A stretch of DNA of 64,000 bases, taken from positions 294,376,001 through 294,440,000 of the forward strand of contig OZ024740.1 of NCBI GenBank assembly GCA_964016885.1. Reading direction: 5' to 3'. Positions 14,430 through 26,800 of this stretch are shown here, one piece after another. The translations under genes were made by a program, and so were the position numbers. Source of the stretch: Eledone cirrhosa. Taxonomy: Eukaryota. The notes below the pieces were generated by a model. It was given only the letters and a program-made list of their open reading frames with translations, did no database searches and was not told where the DNA came from. Within the stretch, counting starts at the first letter, position 1, and the number at the start of each line of letters is the position of its first letter.

Positions 14430-14860
14430 TTTGTGACCTTGGCCTCCCAGAGGCTGTATCCAACCAGAATTCTTTCACCTCTTTCTGTTCAAACTGGCTA
14501 TAACCAGCCACTCATACTGCTGTTAAGGTATTGTTCTCAAAATAAATAATATATCCATGGCTCTGATACTGTAAATTTGAATGGAGGATGGAAACTCCAC
14601 TATTCAGGTGTGGTGCTAGAAATGACTGCACAGGTGGGAGTGGGATACTCACAAGCCCCCAGCTGTTAGAATGTGTTTGGACTGGATCCCATTAAGAGGA
14701 AGATTTTTGCCTCTTGAAGCTTAGGCGGTGCAAGTTTATGCACCAGAGAGTCTGAATACAGATTCTTCTTTGATGAAGTCACTGCAGTGTCAGATGTAGT
14801 TAAGACAGCCATATATCCTAATGGAAGAGACTTCCGTGCATATGTTGGCACAGAAAATGC
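14430..14860 (+). mobile_element. RTE-type LINE AP-endonuclease fragment
   Basis: Translates to VQVYAP ... FFFDEV ... DF.A.VG, matching the APE motifs (QVYAP, GDFNAHVG) of RTE-clade LINEs. Confidence 0.55.
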
Positions 14861-16350
14861 TCAGTATTCAAAATTCGAATTTGTTTTTCTTGTAGAAATT
14901 AGAAAAAAAATTGTATAAAGGCATTCTGCCTCTATCAGGAGCATGAAAGTTTGTTAACTAAGACCAGGCATTCTCAATATCTAATATGTAATCCTTACTA
15001 CCACAACTTTGAAATACTGAAATCTGACAATGTACAGAAAAGATATTAAAATAGTTAAAATTTAACTTAAAAGCTATAAGTGTAAAATGATTTCAGTATT
15101 TTTATTTTGATGATATATAATTTTTCGTAACTCTTTTGATACCAACCCAGCCAAAACTAACCCTACCCCTATGAAACAAAATCATCCATTTTAAAAGGTT
15201 CCTATTTAAATTTAAATTTTTCCATCAGAATTTTGGATAAAAACCATATATTATTACTATCATAGAATTAAAATACTTAATAATTGAAATGGAGTTAGAG
15301 TTAAAGAAATTAGTTTACAAAATACTTTTTCTCAAAGAAAAATATATTTATTTCTCCACCAGTCCTCCTTGGGCTAAATTATGAAGATATTCAAAATAAC
15401 ACATGATTGAGGTGAAAGTCAATTTCCCTTTTCCGAGCTGAAAGTCTGAAGAAACTGCTAATATGGATGTTAAAACAGATCATAAAATCCAATGTTCTAC
15501 TGGGAGCAATTTATCATGGCATCAGTATTGGGTAAGTTATCATGTCTTTGACAGAATTGAAGGGACCTCAGGGCTTCTGGAAAGGAGAAAGGAAGATATT
15601 CTCAAACTGGAGGCCTGGTTCAGATGCTTACAACAGCACCCAAGAGCATGTGGTGATGTTGAACCAGACAACAGATTAAGTCTACTGTTCATTTATTTTA
15701 AATGAAACTAATGATGAGAAGGGAATTAAATTTTAATTTATCTTCTGAAACAAAATAAGTAGCAACAATGAACCTATGTTGCTTTTATCTCCTTGTAATT
15801 ATATAATATATAATAATGCATTATATATTATGTAAGTATATATATATATTATGTAATTTATTATCTATATGTTAGTATTAAATATTCAAAAACTGATATA
15901 ATATATATGTAAATCTTCAAAAACTGTTTCTTAATAAAATGTTCAGTTTTATCTCAACATCTTAGTATCGTATTGCTAATGTTAAGAAAATGTTTGTAAT
16001 TTTCATGTAGCCTTTTGAATTGTTAAAACATCTTGTTTGTATTATAGTGTTTAAAGAAAAGATATATTGTTAAACAGTTATGTAACATGATATGTTTCTA
16101 GATAGTGTTTGAAATTGGGTTCATAATGATTGCTGAAGAGATCTGCTAACAAAGCAGGTCAAGTGACAGTCTGTTAGTAGATGAGAAACAGCACCAACAG
16201 AAGCAAGGTGGCTACATAAAGTAATACAGAGCAGTATATACCATTCCTAAGCATTTAACAGCAACCAGCAATGACTTGTTCTTAGTGACTACACATTTAG
16301 TTTCTAACATAAATTCTATTTTAAAAATTCAACTAAATGAAGTTATACAA

Positions 16351-16505
16351 AGTGTAGCCATAGCTGTATGATTAAGATGTTTGCTTTGCAACCACATGGT
16401 TCCAGATTTAATTCCACTATACAGCCATTTGGTTAAATGTCTTCTACTCTAGCCTTGGATTGACCAATGACTTATGAGTGAAATTTAGTAGATGGAAGCT
16501 GTTCA
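16351..16505 (+). mobile_element. tRNA-derived SINE (second family)
   Basis: GCTGTATGATTAAG..CAACCACATGGTTCCAGATTTAATTCCACT..GTCTTCTACTCTAGCCT..GACCAATG; related fragments near 17625, 43935 and 45570. Confidence 0.6.
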
Positions 16506-16524
16506 TCATATGTATATAATATAA

Positions 16525-16690
16525 GAGCTTCAGACCAGATGTCCATAGGAACTTTTATATGCTGATGACCTTATTTGTATAGTTGAATCTGGAGTAGAGT
16601 TAGAGAAGAAATTCCTAACATGGAAGCAAAACCTAGAATTATTGAAAGGCCTCAAACTTAGCAAAACATCCTAGTAGAAAAGAAAACAGG
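16525..16690 (+). mobile_element. RTE-type reverse transcriptase fragment
   Basis: ELLYADDLICIVESGVELEKKFLTWKQNLE: YADD catalytic motif in RTE-like context. Confidence 0.65.
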
Positions 16691-17071
16691 TCTCTCTTAA
16701 CTTTCCATCTGCCTCTTTGATTCCTTTTGAACCCTTTATTGCCCTCATTCACCCTCTTTTGTATTTGTTGTATCATTGCCCTGCCCAATCAAGGAATGCA
16801 TTGGGTTTGTTTCAACTCTTTCAGTACTCTTGTATTCACTGCACCATACTGTTCATATAACAAGAGATATCTTTTGTTCTCTCTGTATTCAGTCCCTCAC
16901 CTTGTAACCAGCCTTCTCCTCCATCACAGTGGCTATGTATGATGAATTGCTTCAGATCTATTTATACCCCATACTTCCTATCATCACTTTCTTTTGTGCT
17001 GCCAGGCATTACTTCCTCACTATGAGGCTACTTCTTATTTCATCCATAATTATATTCCATCATCGATCTCT

Positions 17072-17104
<33 letters not shown>

Positions 17105-18131
17105 GCACACATGTAGCTACTAATACTCTCTCCAGCTCCAGAACTATTTATATTCCAATGCTCTTAGCCATTATTGTCCCTTTTCTATTACTCCTTCTCA
17201 TCAATACTTCCTCTGTCATCAATTCAATTTTTCTGTTTCTTCCATCACACTCTTGCACTTGTCACCAATTCATCCAGATCTTTCTTCTGTCATATATCTC
17301 TCTTCCATTCCCCCTTTTGATCATGGTCCTTGAATGAAAGATATCCCTTGTTATATGTAGGGTAGTGGGTGCACTTTAGTTTTGCCAGATTCAAAGCAAG
17401 CTCACTAGTGGTTCCATGAGAAAATGCACAAAGTACACTTTCTCAAGTGATTGGTGTTAAAAAGGATCCCCCCCCCCCTCTCTCTCATCATTGTTGTTTA
17501 ACATTCATTTTTCATACTAGCATAGGTTAGACGGCTTGTCCCATTTGAGATAAGTTGGGTGAGGTGACTGTCTTGCTCATACAGAACTGTTTCTGGTTTG
17601 GTTTCTATGGTTGGAGCTCTGAGTTGACCAATGCCTTATGAGTGGAATTTGGTAGATGGAAACTGCAGAAGCCATCATGTACATATATATATATGTGTGT
17701 GTGTACATGTCAATATTTATGTTTGTGTCTGTATCTCTGTTTATCTCTTCTAATGTAGTTCAACAAAAATAAAAATAAATAATTGTTACAATAAGTACCT
17801 GGCTTGAAATGTAAGCACTGAGGTCAATATGATGTCCTAAATCAAGGCAATGTTCTGCAGCAATGTACAAGACAAGTTCACACACACAAACCTCTTCACC
17901 CTCATCAGCTCTCAAACCAGCAAAATGGTTTCGCACAATTTAATTGCGAGTACCATTTTAGATTGCTGGATTGTGCAACCTCCTGATATGATGTGTGTAT
18001 GATAAAACAAACAGCACAGCTAGAAGGATGAAAGAAGATAAAGAAAAGAAAATAACAGGATATATATATATATACTTCGTTTTTGAATTTGTTTTGCAAG
18101 ATTTCTTATCCGAAAACGTGTGTTGAAACAG

Positions 18132-18516
18132 ATATTGTTATACTTTGTGAGGATCATGCTGCCAATAAAAACACACGCACCTGTTGGTTTTCATTTCAAT
18201 TTATTATAAATTTCCGGTTGGTTAGTTCGTTAACCAGATGGTTGTTTATATATTGTCAAAGATCTTTTGTCACACATTCTGTGACCTCCTCAGTGAGGGT
18301 TTTTATTTTGTGTCTCTCCTGTATTCTGTCTGACATTATCTTGTTTCTTTGTGTTGTGTTCACATGACACACAGAATGTGTGATGAAAGCTTTGACAATA
18401 TATAAACCATCCGGTTATCGAACCAACCAACTGGAAATTTATAATAAATTGAAGTGAAAACCAACAGGTGCGTGTGTTTTTATTGGAAGCATGACCCTCC
18501 CAAAGTATAACAATAT
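18132..18516. repeat. Long inverted repeat (~150-bp arms, 86-nt loop), probably an inverted Penelope pseudo-LTR
   Basis: Arm 18132-18283 is the reverse complement of 18370-18516 with scattered mismatches. A hammerhead-like CTGAGGA..GAAA is split across the arms. Confidence 0.8.
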
Positions 18517-19268
18517 ATATATAAAAATATATAATATTTATATTGCTTTGATATCATCATTTAATATAGCTATATATAAAGCCATGTGTGGTTGGCATTA
18601 GAAAGGGCATCCGGCTACAGAAACCAGGCCAGAAGATCTGTATGAGTAAAACACAGTCTCCTGATCTGACTTGCCTAAAATAGGACAACCTGTCTAACTT
18701 ATGCTAGTGTGGAAAATGGACATTAAACAATAATGATGATATATGTACAGTATATATAATATATATATATATATATATATTTACATACTGGTTCTAGTCA
18801 TTTGACAACTGTCATGATGGAGCACTGTCTTCAATAGTTTAGACAGGCATTTTGTTTGGAATTTACTTTAGATTTTGCTGTCTGAGACAACAGATTTAGT
18901 AAATATGTATGAGTGCGTGACAGAAAGTGTTGCATTTCATGTTATCCTGTTTTCTTGTCTTCATTGATATAACAGACAAGTTAGTGTTAATATATTTAAA
19001 ACAAGGAACATCAAAAAGCAACTAATATTATTTCAGGCTTATACTGACTTCTTCAGTTAAGTTTAGCCATCACCATATTTACCAAAATATGGATGAGAAA
19101 TAACACTCAAGGTTATAAGAAAATATAATTATTTAGAGATTAAGTGGTTAAATAATACCACATGCAGTTGCCTCCCCCCAAAGGATTATATCTTGCAAAT
19201 TATATAACACAGCAAGTATCACTTAATTTAGCGTGGGAAGATTTATAGTATTTTCTTTGTCAGTTATA

Positions 19269-19481
19269 CAGGGTGACCATAAAAACACTCCGAGCTTGAT
19301 TATCACATTGATGTTTGCCGAGCAAGAAAAGGGGCACACATCAAGTGTTTATGATATCAGCCAATACCACATAAAACTTTGTTAGTTTATTCAAATGTAG
19401 CCACCTATATTGTAAGAATATTCATTTAAGCTTTCATATTATAAGTATTTGAAACCATGGAGTGTTTTTGTGGTCACCTTG
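19269..19481. mobile_element. Tc1/mariner-type MITE
   Basis: TA-CAGGGTGACCATAAAAACACTCC ... GGAGTGTTTTTGTGGTCACCTTG-TA: 23-bp TIRs and TA target duplication. Confidence 0.85.
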
Positions 19482-19500
19482 TATATTTACCCCCAGTTTC

Positions 19501-19736
19501 TTAACAGCTTTCAAAACTTTAGAACATTTGTATTGCTCTATATTTATTCTTATATTTTCATAGTAAAGGCTTTACTTCTCATAATTATCTCACATAATAT
19601 CGAATCTATAAGATTTTGATATTATTTATTTTTAGAACAATACCTAAACATAAGTATGGTATGAGTGGCCAGTTTGAACAGAAAGAGGTGAGAGAATCCT
19701 GACAGGATATGGCCTGTTTAAATGCTAAAGGGTTAA
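19501..19736. mobile_element. TTAA-flanked MITE, family A (piggyBac-like ends)
   Basis: Ends TAAATGCTAAAGGG-TTAA. Internal sequence shared with copies at 35108-35517 and 36624-36795. Confidence 0.7.
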
Positions 19737-20114
19737 GTACTATTTATTCACATTTTTTTCTTCTTCGCCCACTTATTCCTGAGAGTGTCATGGTGGCAGA
19801 GTCCTCAAACATTTCTTCCAGCGAGTCCTGTCAGAAGCAACTGTCTCCAACTAATTTAGCTGGATCTCCTAGTGAGACTAGCCAAGCTCATGGATGTTAT
19901 CCAACCATCCTGCAAGTTGGTTTCAGCCATAAAATCTGTCCAGTGATTCTTTCCTGAGACATTCTAACCATATGCCCTCACAATTTAGTATTTATTTGGA
20001 GTTCTTTTAAATACAAGTGTTTTCTGACCAGTTTCCCTGCTAAAGCTGGGGTACACTTTCCAGACTCTATATATGTTAATGGCAGGTTCAATCATCCTAA
20101 TGCTATGGTCACTA

Positions 20115-20318
20115 TTAACCTTTTTGTTATCATATTTCTAATGAAAAACATTGCTAAGGATTTTCAAATAATTTTGAAAATAATCAAGGATTTGGAAGTA
20201 TTTAGTAGAACATAAAAAAAGGTTCTTATATAAAGTTATGATGGAAGTATTTAAATAAATATAAACAGTTCTGTATTGCAGAACTAGGTTTCAGGCAGTT
20301 TGGTATTAAAAGAGTTAA
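20115..20318. mobile_element. TTAA-flanked MITE, family B
   Basis: TTAA-CCTTTTTGTTATCATATTTC ... GGTATTAAAAGAG-TTAA. Related copies at 20400-20935 (opposite orientation), 15128, 36373, 43320 and 57476. Confidence 0.7.
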
Positions 20319-20399
20319 ATATAATTATTTATTCTAATCAAATTAAAATTCAGTGAAGATGTAACATTATCAGATTAAAACTCGGTACTGTAAACATTG

Positions 20400-20935
20400 T
20401 TAACTCTTTTGATACCAAACTGCTTGAAACTGCACTAATTCTGTGATGTGTGTATTTATGGTCCTGTAACTCCTGATAGAGTCGAAGGGGTGTCGTTTTG
20501 ACATACAGCATTTCTTGGGCATTTTAAGTCTGGCAGAGTCCATCCCTCTCCAGGCCTGAGTACAGCAGATTTCTTCCAGAGAAAGAGAGGAAGTGAAAAA
20601 GAGATGTAGAGGAAGAATCGACCCCCAGTACTAGACTGGTACTTTTTTATTGACCTCAAAAGGATGAAAGGCAAAGTTGACCTTGGTGGGATTTGAACTC
20701 CAAGAGAAGAGAGCCAGAACAAATGCCATATAGCATTCTATCCAACTCTGCAAATTTGCTGCCATGGTACTATGATATATAGAGTTTCTTCAAAATTTTA
20801 TGTAAGAAATTTTGTTAAGTTATGTTTCAAACACCCACTTAATTATGAAAAAGTTAGTTATATTAATTGAATCTCAACAAATTCTTGGTTTTTCAGCTTG
20901 TATTTTTGTTAGAAATATGATAGCAAAGGGGTTAA
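20400..20935. mobile_element. TTAA MITE family B interrupted by a Nin-domain SINE (20460-20765, minus strand)
   Basis: TTAA-CTCTTTTGATACCAAAC ... GATAGCAAAGGGG-TTAA, with an internal SINE containing GGATGAAAGGCAAAGTTGACCTTGGTGGGATTTGAACTC. Confidence 0.7.
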
Positions 20936-20939
20936 AATA

Positions 20940-21146
20940 TACCTAAAGTTAAACAGAACCCATTGACTCAAATTTGGCAGGTAGGGGAGCCTTCATACCT
21001 AGAGTTAAACTGACACTCAATGACTCAATTATGGCAGATAGGGGAGCCTTGATACCTAGATTTAAACTGACACCTAATGACTCAAATATGGCAGATAGGG
21101 GAGCCTTAATACCTAGATTTAAACTGACACCCAATGACTCAAATTT
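20940..21146. repeat. 57-bp tandem repeat, ~3.6 copies
   Basis: TGACTCA recurs at 20964, 21021, 21078 and 21135 (57-bp period); units are highly similar. Confidence 0.9.
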
Positions 21147-21469
21147 AACTTTTACTTTACAAACAACTCTAGTAGACCCATTTATTCAATGACAGTTAAT
21201 AAAACACAGGGTCAAACATTTAATAAGATGATAAGCAAGGGTTTAGTCAAGGACATATGTTGTATTCTCTAGGGTTAGAAAATTAACTCATGTTTTTTGT
21301 TAGGGTAGTTAATGTCAGTAACCAAGGAAAGCAGAATAAACAACTATCACTAAAATCATTGTATATAAATAAGTATTAATTAGTTAATCAAAATTTTTAT
21401 AATGATATTTTATAGTGCGATTCAAATGATATAACAAATATATTGATATAACAGTGTAATGAATGTAAT

Positions 21470-22295
21470 CATCATCTTCGTTATCCCCACTACCACTACC
21501 TTCTTCACCCACTGATTCCTGTGAGGTTCATGGGGGCAGAGTCCTCAAACGTGCCTTCCAGAGGGTCCTATCAGAAGCAACCACCTCCAAATGATCTGGC
21601 TGGATCTCCAAGCGAAACCAGCTGAGCTCATGGATATTATCCAAGTATCTTAAATATATAATAATAATTGTTTCTACTTTAGGCACAAGGCCAGCAATTA
21701 CCCAGTGCATTACTGGTACTTTATTTTATCGACCCCGTAAGGATGAAAGGCAAAGTCAACCTCGGTGGGATTTGAACTCAGATCGTAAAGGGACGTAACT
21801 ATGCTGGAAAGCAAAATATAAATATATAATAATAATGATTGTGTACAGTGCTCAGGTGCACTACAACTCATCAACGATGCATGTATAGTACATAGAATAA
21901 TGTACAAATATCAGGAAAGTGAACAATGTATGGAAAAAAGAAGGTGTGGGAGCAGACTAGCGTCTTATACCATTAACTGGATTCATTAAAGATTGAAACC
22001 AGTGACCAGCTGGTCCATAGTAGAAAGTTTGTCGTGGTTCAGAAATTCTTTGAGTATCAGGAAGAACCTATCGCTGGCTGTTTTGAGAGTGGTGTGGCGG
22101 TCATCTGTCCGGGCAATGTCCATCTCCTCCAGTCTGTCTGCAGTGGTCTGGACACTGTCAAACATCTGTAATATCGTACAGAAGGCGTCCATCTTGGCGC
22201 TGAGCCGGGCAAATATCACACCACGTCTGGGTTTCCTGCCTGCCAGTTGGCTTTGCCGATAAAATCTGTCCTTAGACATTCTAACCACGTGTCTG
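21470..22295 (-). mobile_element. RTE-like LINE 3' relic interrupted by a SINE fragment (21661-21812) and other repeat DNA
   Basis: Minus strand HVVRMSKDRFYRQSQLAGRKPRRG and DNIHELSWFRLEIQPDHLEVVASDRTLWKARL, followed by a (GAA/GAT)-type tail. Same family at 19760, 41325 and 62880. Confidence 0.65.
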
Positions 22296-22706
22296 TAATG
22301 TTATTAGTTATTAAATCGTGAAAGAGTGGTGGATTGTCAGAATTACTAAAGGGTCAAACAAATGGTGAGCAGTATTCGTTATGGCCTTTACATTTTGACT
22401 TCATAGCATGCTGAGGTCAACTTTGTCTTTCATCCTTTCAAGAGTCCATAAAGTACCAGTTGCATACATGAGTTGTAATCGACTTACCTTTCCCCACAAA
22501 TTATTTGACCTTATAACTCAATTAGAAATCATTAATTATTAGGTGTTGAAGCAAAATAAATTTATCCCACTTTCTTTCCCATTTATCCATTCAGAAGTGA
22601 TAAATTACTTCAACAAAATTGTGTGATTATTATGTCATTAATTACTGTTTTAGTTGACAATGGCAGTGGAATTTTCACAGTTCTAGCTAGCATATGTACA
22701 GACCAG

Positions 22707-22990
22707 GGCCCTGTAACTCCTGGTAGAGTTGCAAGGGCATTATAGTATCACACAGTATTTATAAAGCATTTTAAACCACTCTATGTCTGCCAATTCTTCC
22801 AGAGGAGATAGTGATAGTGAGGAAGTGAGGAAGAACCGACTCAGTACTGGACTGGTATTTTCTTTATCAACTGTGAAAGAATGAAAGGCAAAGTTAACCT
22901 TGGCGGGATTTGAACTCAGAGCATAAAGAGCTGGAGTGAATACTATAACGCTTTCTATCTGACATTTTAATGACTGCCAAATTTGGTGCC
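22707..22990 (-). mobile_element. Nin-domain SINE (long-tail subfamily)
   Basis: GAATGAAAGGCAAAGTTAACCTTGGCGGGATTTGAACTCAG; shares its tail with 20460-20765. Confidence 0.75.
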
Positions 22991-23162
22991 TTTAGCTAGT
23001 AAATATTAATTATTTTATTTAAAAATTGTTGAGTTATGTCCCTTTAAAAGTAATTTTTGTTAACAGTAAACAGTACTCCAGGTCATGAGTAGGGCAGTTA
23101 ATGTTTAAAGATGAAATTTATAGTCACATTGACAATAAAGACTTATTGATAACACTAGCATC

Positions 23163-23380
23163 GGGGCAGTGGATTGGCAGAATTATTAGGGTAGTGGACA
23201 GATGTTTAGAAGTATTTCTTTCAGCTCTTTATGTTCTGAGTTAAAATGCTGCTGAGGTCAGCTTTGCCTTTTCATCATTCTGAGGTTGATAAAATAACAT
23301 ACCAGTCAAATATTGGAGTTGATATAATCGACCTCCCCCCAAAAATCACTGGTTTTGCGCTTAAATTACAAACCATTATC
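23163..23380 (+). mobile_element. Nin-domain SINE
   Basis: GTGGATTGGCAG head, CTGAGTTAAAATGC..GAGGTCAGCTTTGCCTTT..GATAAAATAA..TACCAG. Confidence 0.75.
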
Positions 23381-23580
23381 ATAATTCGTTGCACTTACAT
23401 TACATTCACAATTTTTTTTTTTTGAACATTCATTAATTCTTTTGGTCATCTTTTGATCATCTTAACTCTTCAGGATATCATTATGCTTAATTTTCCAAAT
23501 ATTTTCAAACAAACTAATTGAGGAATCTTTTTAGACACAGCTTCATTGGAGATGTTTTGTTATTTAACAGTTTTAATCTT

Positions 23581-23830
23581 TAGTGGAGGTCAAACTGTTT
23601 CCACTTTGTAAGTCATATTACATGGGAAGCTAGGTGAGTAATTGTTCAATTCATCATTGAATAAGTTTAGCTTAGGTGTGTGAGAGCCATTGCAAAGTGT
23701 ATCCATATACCCTGAGCTGGTGTCTTTGTTTCCGACATTACAGCCCTTTTTATCACAAAAAATTGGTGAGGGACGAGCAAATTTTCATTCCAAAAATGTA
23801 GACCAGAGAAAAAAAGTTTGCGAACCACTG
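23581..23830. mobile_element. hAT/Charlie-type MITE abutting the satellite
   Basis: Right end reverse-complements to CAGTGGTTCGCAAACT and is followed by the 8-mer GCTTAAAG (nnnTAnnn). Degenerate left end TAGTGGAGGTCAAACT. Left TSD not evident. Confidence 0.55.
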
Positions 23831-23835
23831 GCTTA

Positions 23836-26800
23836 AAGGTTGCTCATGGCTGGTCTGGTATCTGTGTTCTCTCACGAGGTTGCCCATGGCTGGTCTGGTA
23901 TCTGTGTTCACTCACAAGGTTGCCCATGCCTGGTCTGGTATCTGTGTTCACTCACGAGGTTGCCCATGCCTGGTCTGGTATCTATGTTCACTCACAAGGT
24001 TGCCCATGGCTGGTCTGGTATCTATGTTCACTCACAAGGTTGCCCATGCCTGGTCTGGTATCTGTGTTCACTCACGAGGTTGCCCATGCCTGGTCTGGTA
24101 TCTATGTTCACTCACGAGGTTGCCCATACCTGGTCTGGTATCTATGTTCACTCACGAGGTTGCCCATGCCTGGTCTGGTATCTGTGTTCACTCACAAGGT
24201 TGCCCATACCTGGTCTAGTATCTGTGTTCACTCACAAGGTTGCCCATACCTGGTCTGGTATCTGTGTTCACTCACGAGGTTGCTCATGGCTGGTCTGGTA
24301 TCTGTGTTCACTCACGAGGTTGCCCATGCCTGGTCTAGTATCTGTGTTCACTCACAAGGTTGCCCATACCTGGTCTGGTATCTGTGTTCACACACGAGGT
24401 TGCCCATGCCTGGTCTGGTATCTGTGTTCACTCACGAGGTTGCCCATGCCTGGTCTGGTATCTATGTTCACTCACGAGGTTGCCCATACCTGGTCTGGTA
24501 TCTGTGTTCTCTCACAAGGTTGCCCATACCTGGTCTAGTATCTGTGTTCTCTCACGAGGTTGCCCATACCTGGTCTGGTATCTATGTTCACTCACGAGGT
24601 TGCCCATGCCTGGTCTGGTATCTATGTTCACTCACAAGGTTGCCCATGGCTGGTCTGGTATCTGTGTTCACTCACGAGGTTGCCCATGCCTGGTCTGGTA
24701 TCTATGTTCACTCACAAGGTTGCCCATGCCTGGTCTGGTATCTGTGTTCACTCACAAGGTTGCCCATACCTGGTCTGGTATCTATGTTCTCTCACAAGGT
24801 TGCCCATACCTGGTCTGGTATCTGTGTTCTCTCACGAGGTTGCCCATGCCTGGTCTGGTATCTGTGTTCTCTCACAAGGTTGCCCATGCCTGGTCTGGTA
24901 TCTGTGTTCTCTCACGAGGTTGTCCATACCTGGTCTGGTATCTGTGTTCACTCACAAGGTTGCCCATACCTGGTCTGCTATCTGTGTTCTCTCACGAGTT
25001 GCCCATGGCTGGTCTGGTATCTGTGTTCACTCACAAGGTTGCCCATACCTGGTCTGGTATCTATGTTCTCTCACAAGGTTGCCCATACCTGGTCTAGTAT
25101 CTGTGTTCTCTCACAAGGTTGCCCATGCCTGGTCTGGTATCTGTGTTCTCTCACAAGGTTGCCCATGCCTGGTCTAGTATCTGTGTTCTCTCACGAGGTT
25201 GCCCATGCCTGGTCTGGTATCTGTGTTCACTCACAAGGTTGCCCATACCTGGTCTGGTATCTGTGTTCTCTCACGAGGTTGCCCATGCCTAGTCTGGTAT
25301 CTATGTTCTCTCACAAGGTTGCCCATACCTGGTCTGCTATCTGTGTTCTCTCACGAGGTTGCCCATGCCTAGTCTGGTATCTGTGTTCTCTCACAAGGTT
25401 GCCCATACCTGGTCTGCTATCTGTGTTCTCTCACAAGGTTGCCCATACCTGGTCTGGTATCTGTGTTCTCTCACAAGGTTGCCCATACCTGGTCTGGTAT
25501 CTATGTTCTCTCACAAGGTTGCCCATACCTGGTCTGGTATCTATGTTCTCTCACAAGGTTGCCCATACCTGGTCTGGTATCTATGTTCTCTCACAAGGTT
25601 GCCCATGGTTGGTCTGGTATCTATGTTCTCTCACAAGGTTGCCCATACCTGGTCTGGTATCTATGTTCTCTCACAAGGTTGCCCATACCTGGTCTGGTAT
25701 CTATGTTCTCTCACAAGGTTGCCCATGGTTGGTCTAGTATCTGTGTTCTCTCACGAGGTTGCCCATACTTGGTCTAGTATCTATGTTCTCTCACAAGGTT
25801 GCCCATACCTGGTCTGGTATCTATGTTCACTCACAAGGTTGCCCATACCTGGTCTGGTATCTATGTTCTCTCACAAGGTTGCCCATACCTAGTCTAGTAT
25901 CTATGTTCTCTCACGAGGTTACCCATGGCTGGTCTGGTATCTGTGTTCACTCACAAGGTTGCCCATGGCTGGTCTAGTATCTGTGTTCCCTCACAAGGTT
26001 GCCCATGCCTGGTCTGGTATCTGTGTTCTCTCACGAGGTTGCCCATACCTGGTCTGGTATCTGTGTTCACTCACAAGGTTGCCCATACCTGGTCTGGTAT
26101 CTATGTTCTCTCACGAGGTTGCCCATGGCTGGTCTGGTATCTGTGTTCTCTCACAAGGTTGCCCATGCCTGGTCTGGTATCTGTGTTCACTCACAAGGTT
26201 GCCCATGGCTGGTCTGGTATCTGTGTTCTCTCACAAGGTTGCCCATACCTGGTCTGGTATCTGTGTTCACTCACAAGGTTGCCCATGCCTGGTCTAGTAT
26301 CTGTGTTCACCCACGAGGTTGCCCATACCTGGTCTGGTATCTGTGTTCTCTCACGAGGTTGCCCATACCTGGTCTGGTATCTGTGTTCTCTCACGAGGTT
26401 GCCCATACCTGGTCTGGTATCTGTGTTCACTCACAAGGTTGCCCATACCTGGTCTGGTATCTATGTTCTCTCACGAGGTTGCCCATACCTGGTCTGGTAT
26501 CTGTGTTCTCTCACAAGGTTGCCCATGCCTGGTCTGGTATCTGTGTTCACTCACAAGGTTGCCCATGGCTGGTCTGGTATCTGTGTTCTCTCACAAGGTT
26601 GCCCATACCTGGTCTGGTATCTGTGTTCACTCACAAGGTTGCCCATGCCTGGTCTGGTATCCGTGTTCACTCACGAGGTTGCCCATACCTGGTCTGGTAT
26701 CTGTGTTCTCTCACGAGGTTGCCCATACCTGGTCTGGTATCTGTGTTCTCTCACGAGGTTGCCCATACCTGGTCTGGTATCTGTGTTCTCTCACGAGGTT

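Noticed and set aside
20949-21192. 19-aa repeat proteins on both strands
   Set aside because: Consequence of the 57-bp tandem repeat; short and without gene context.
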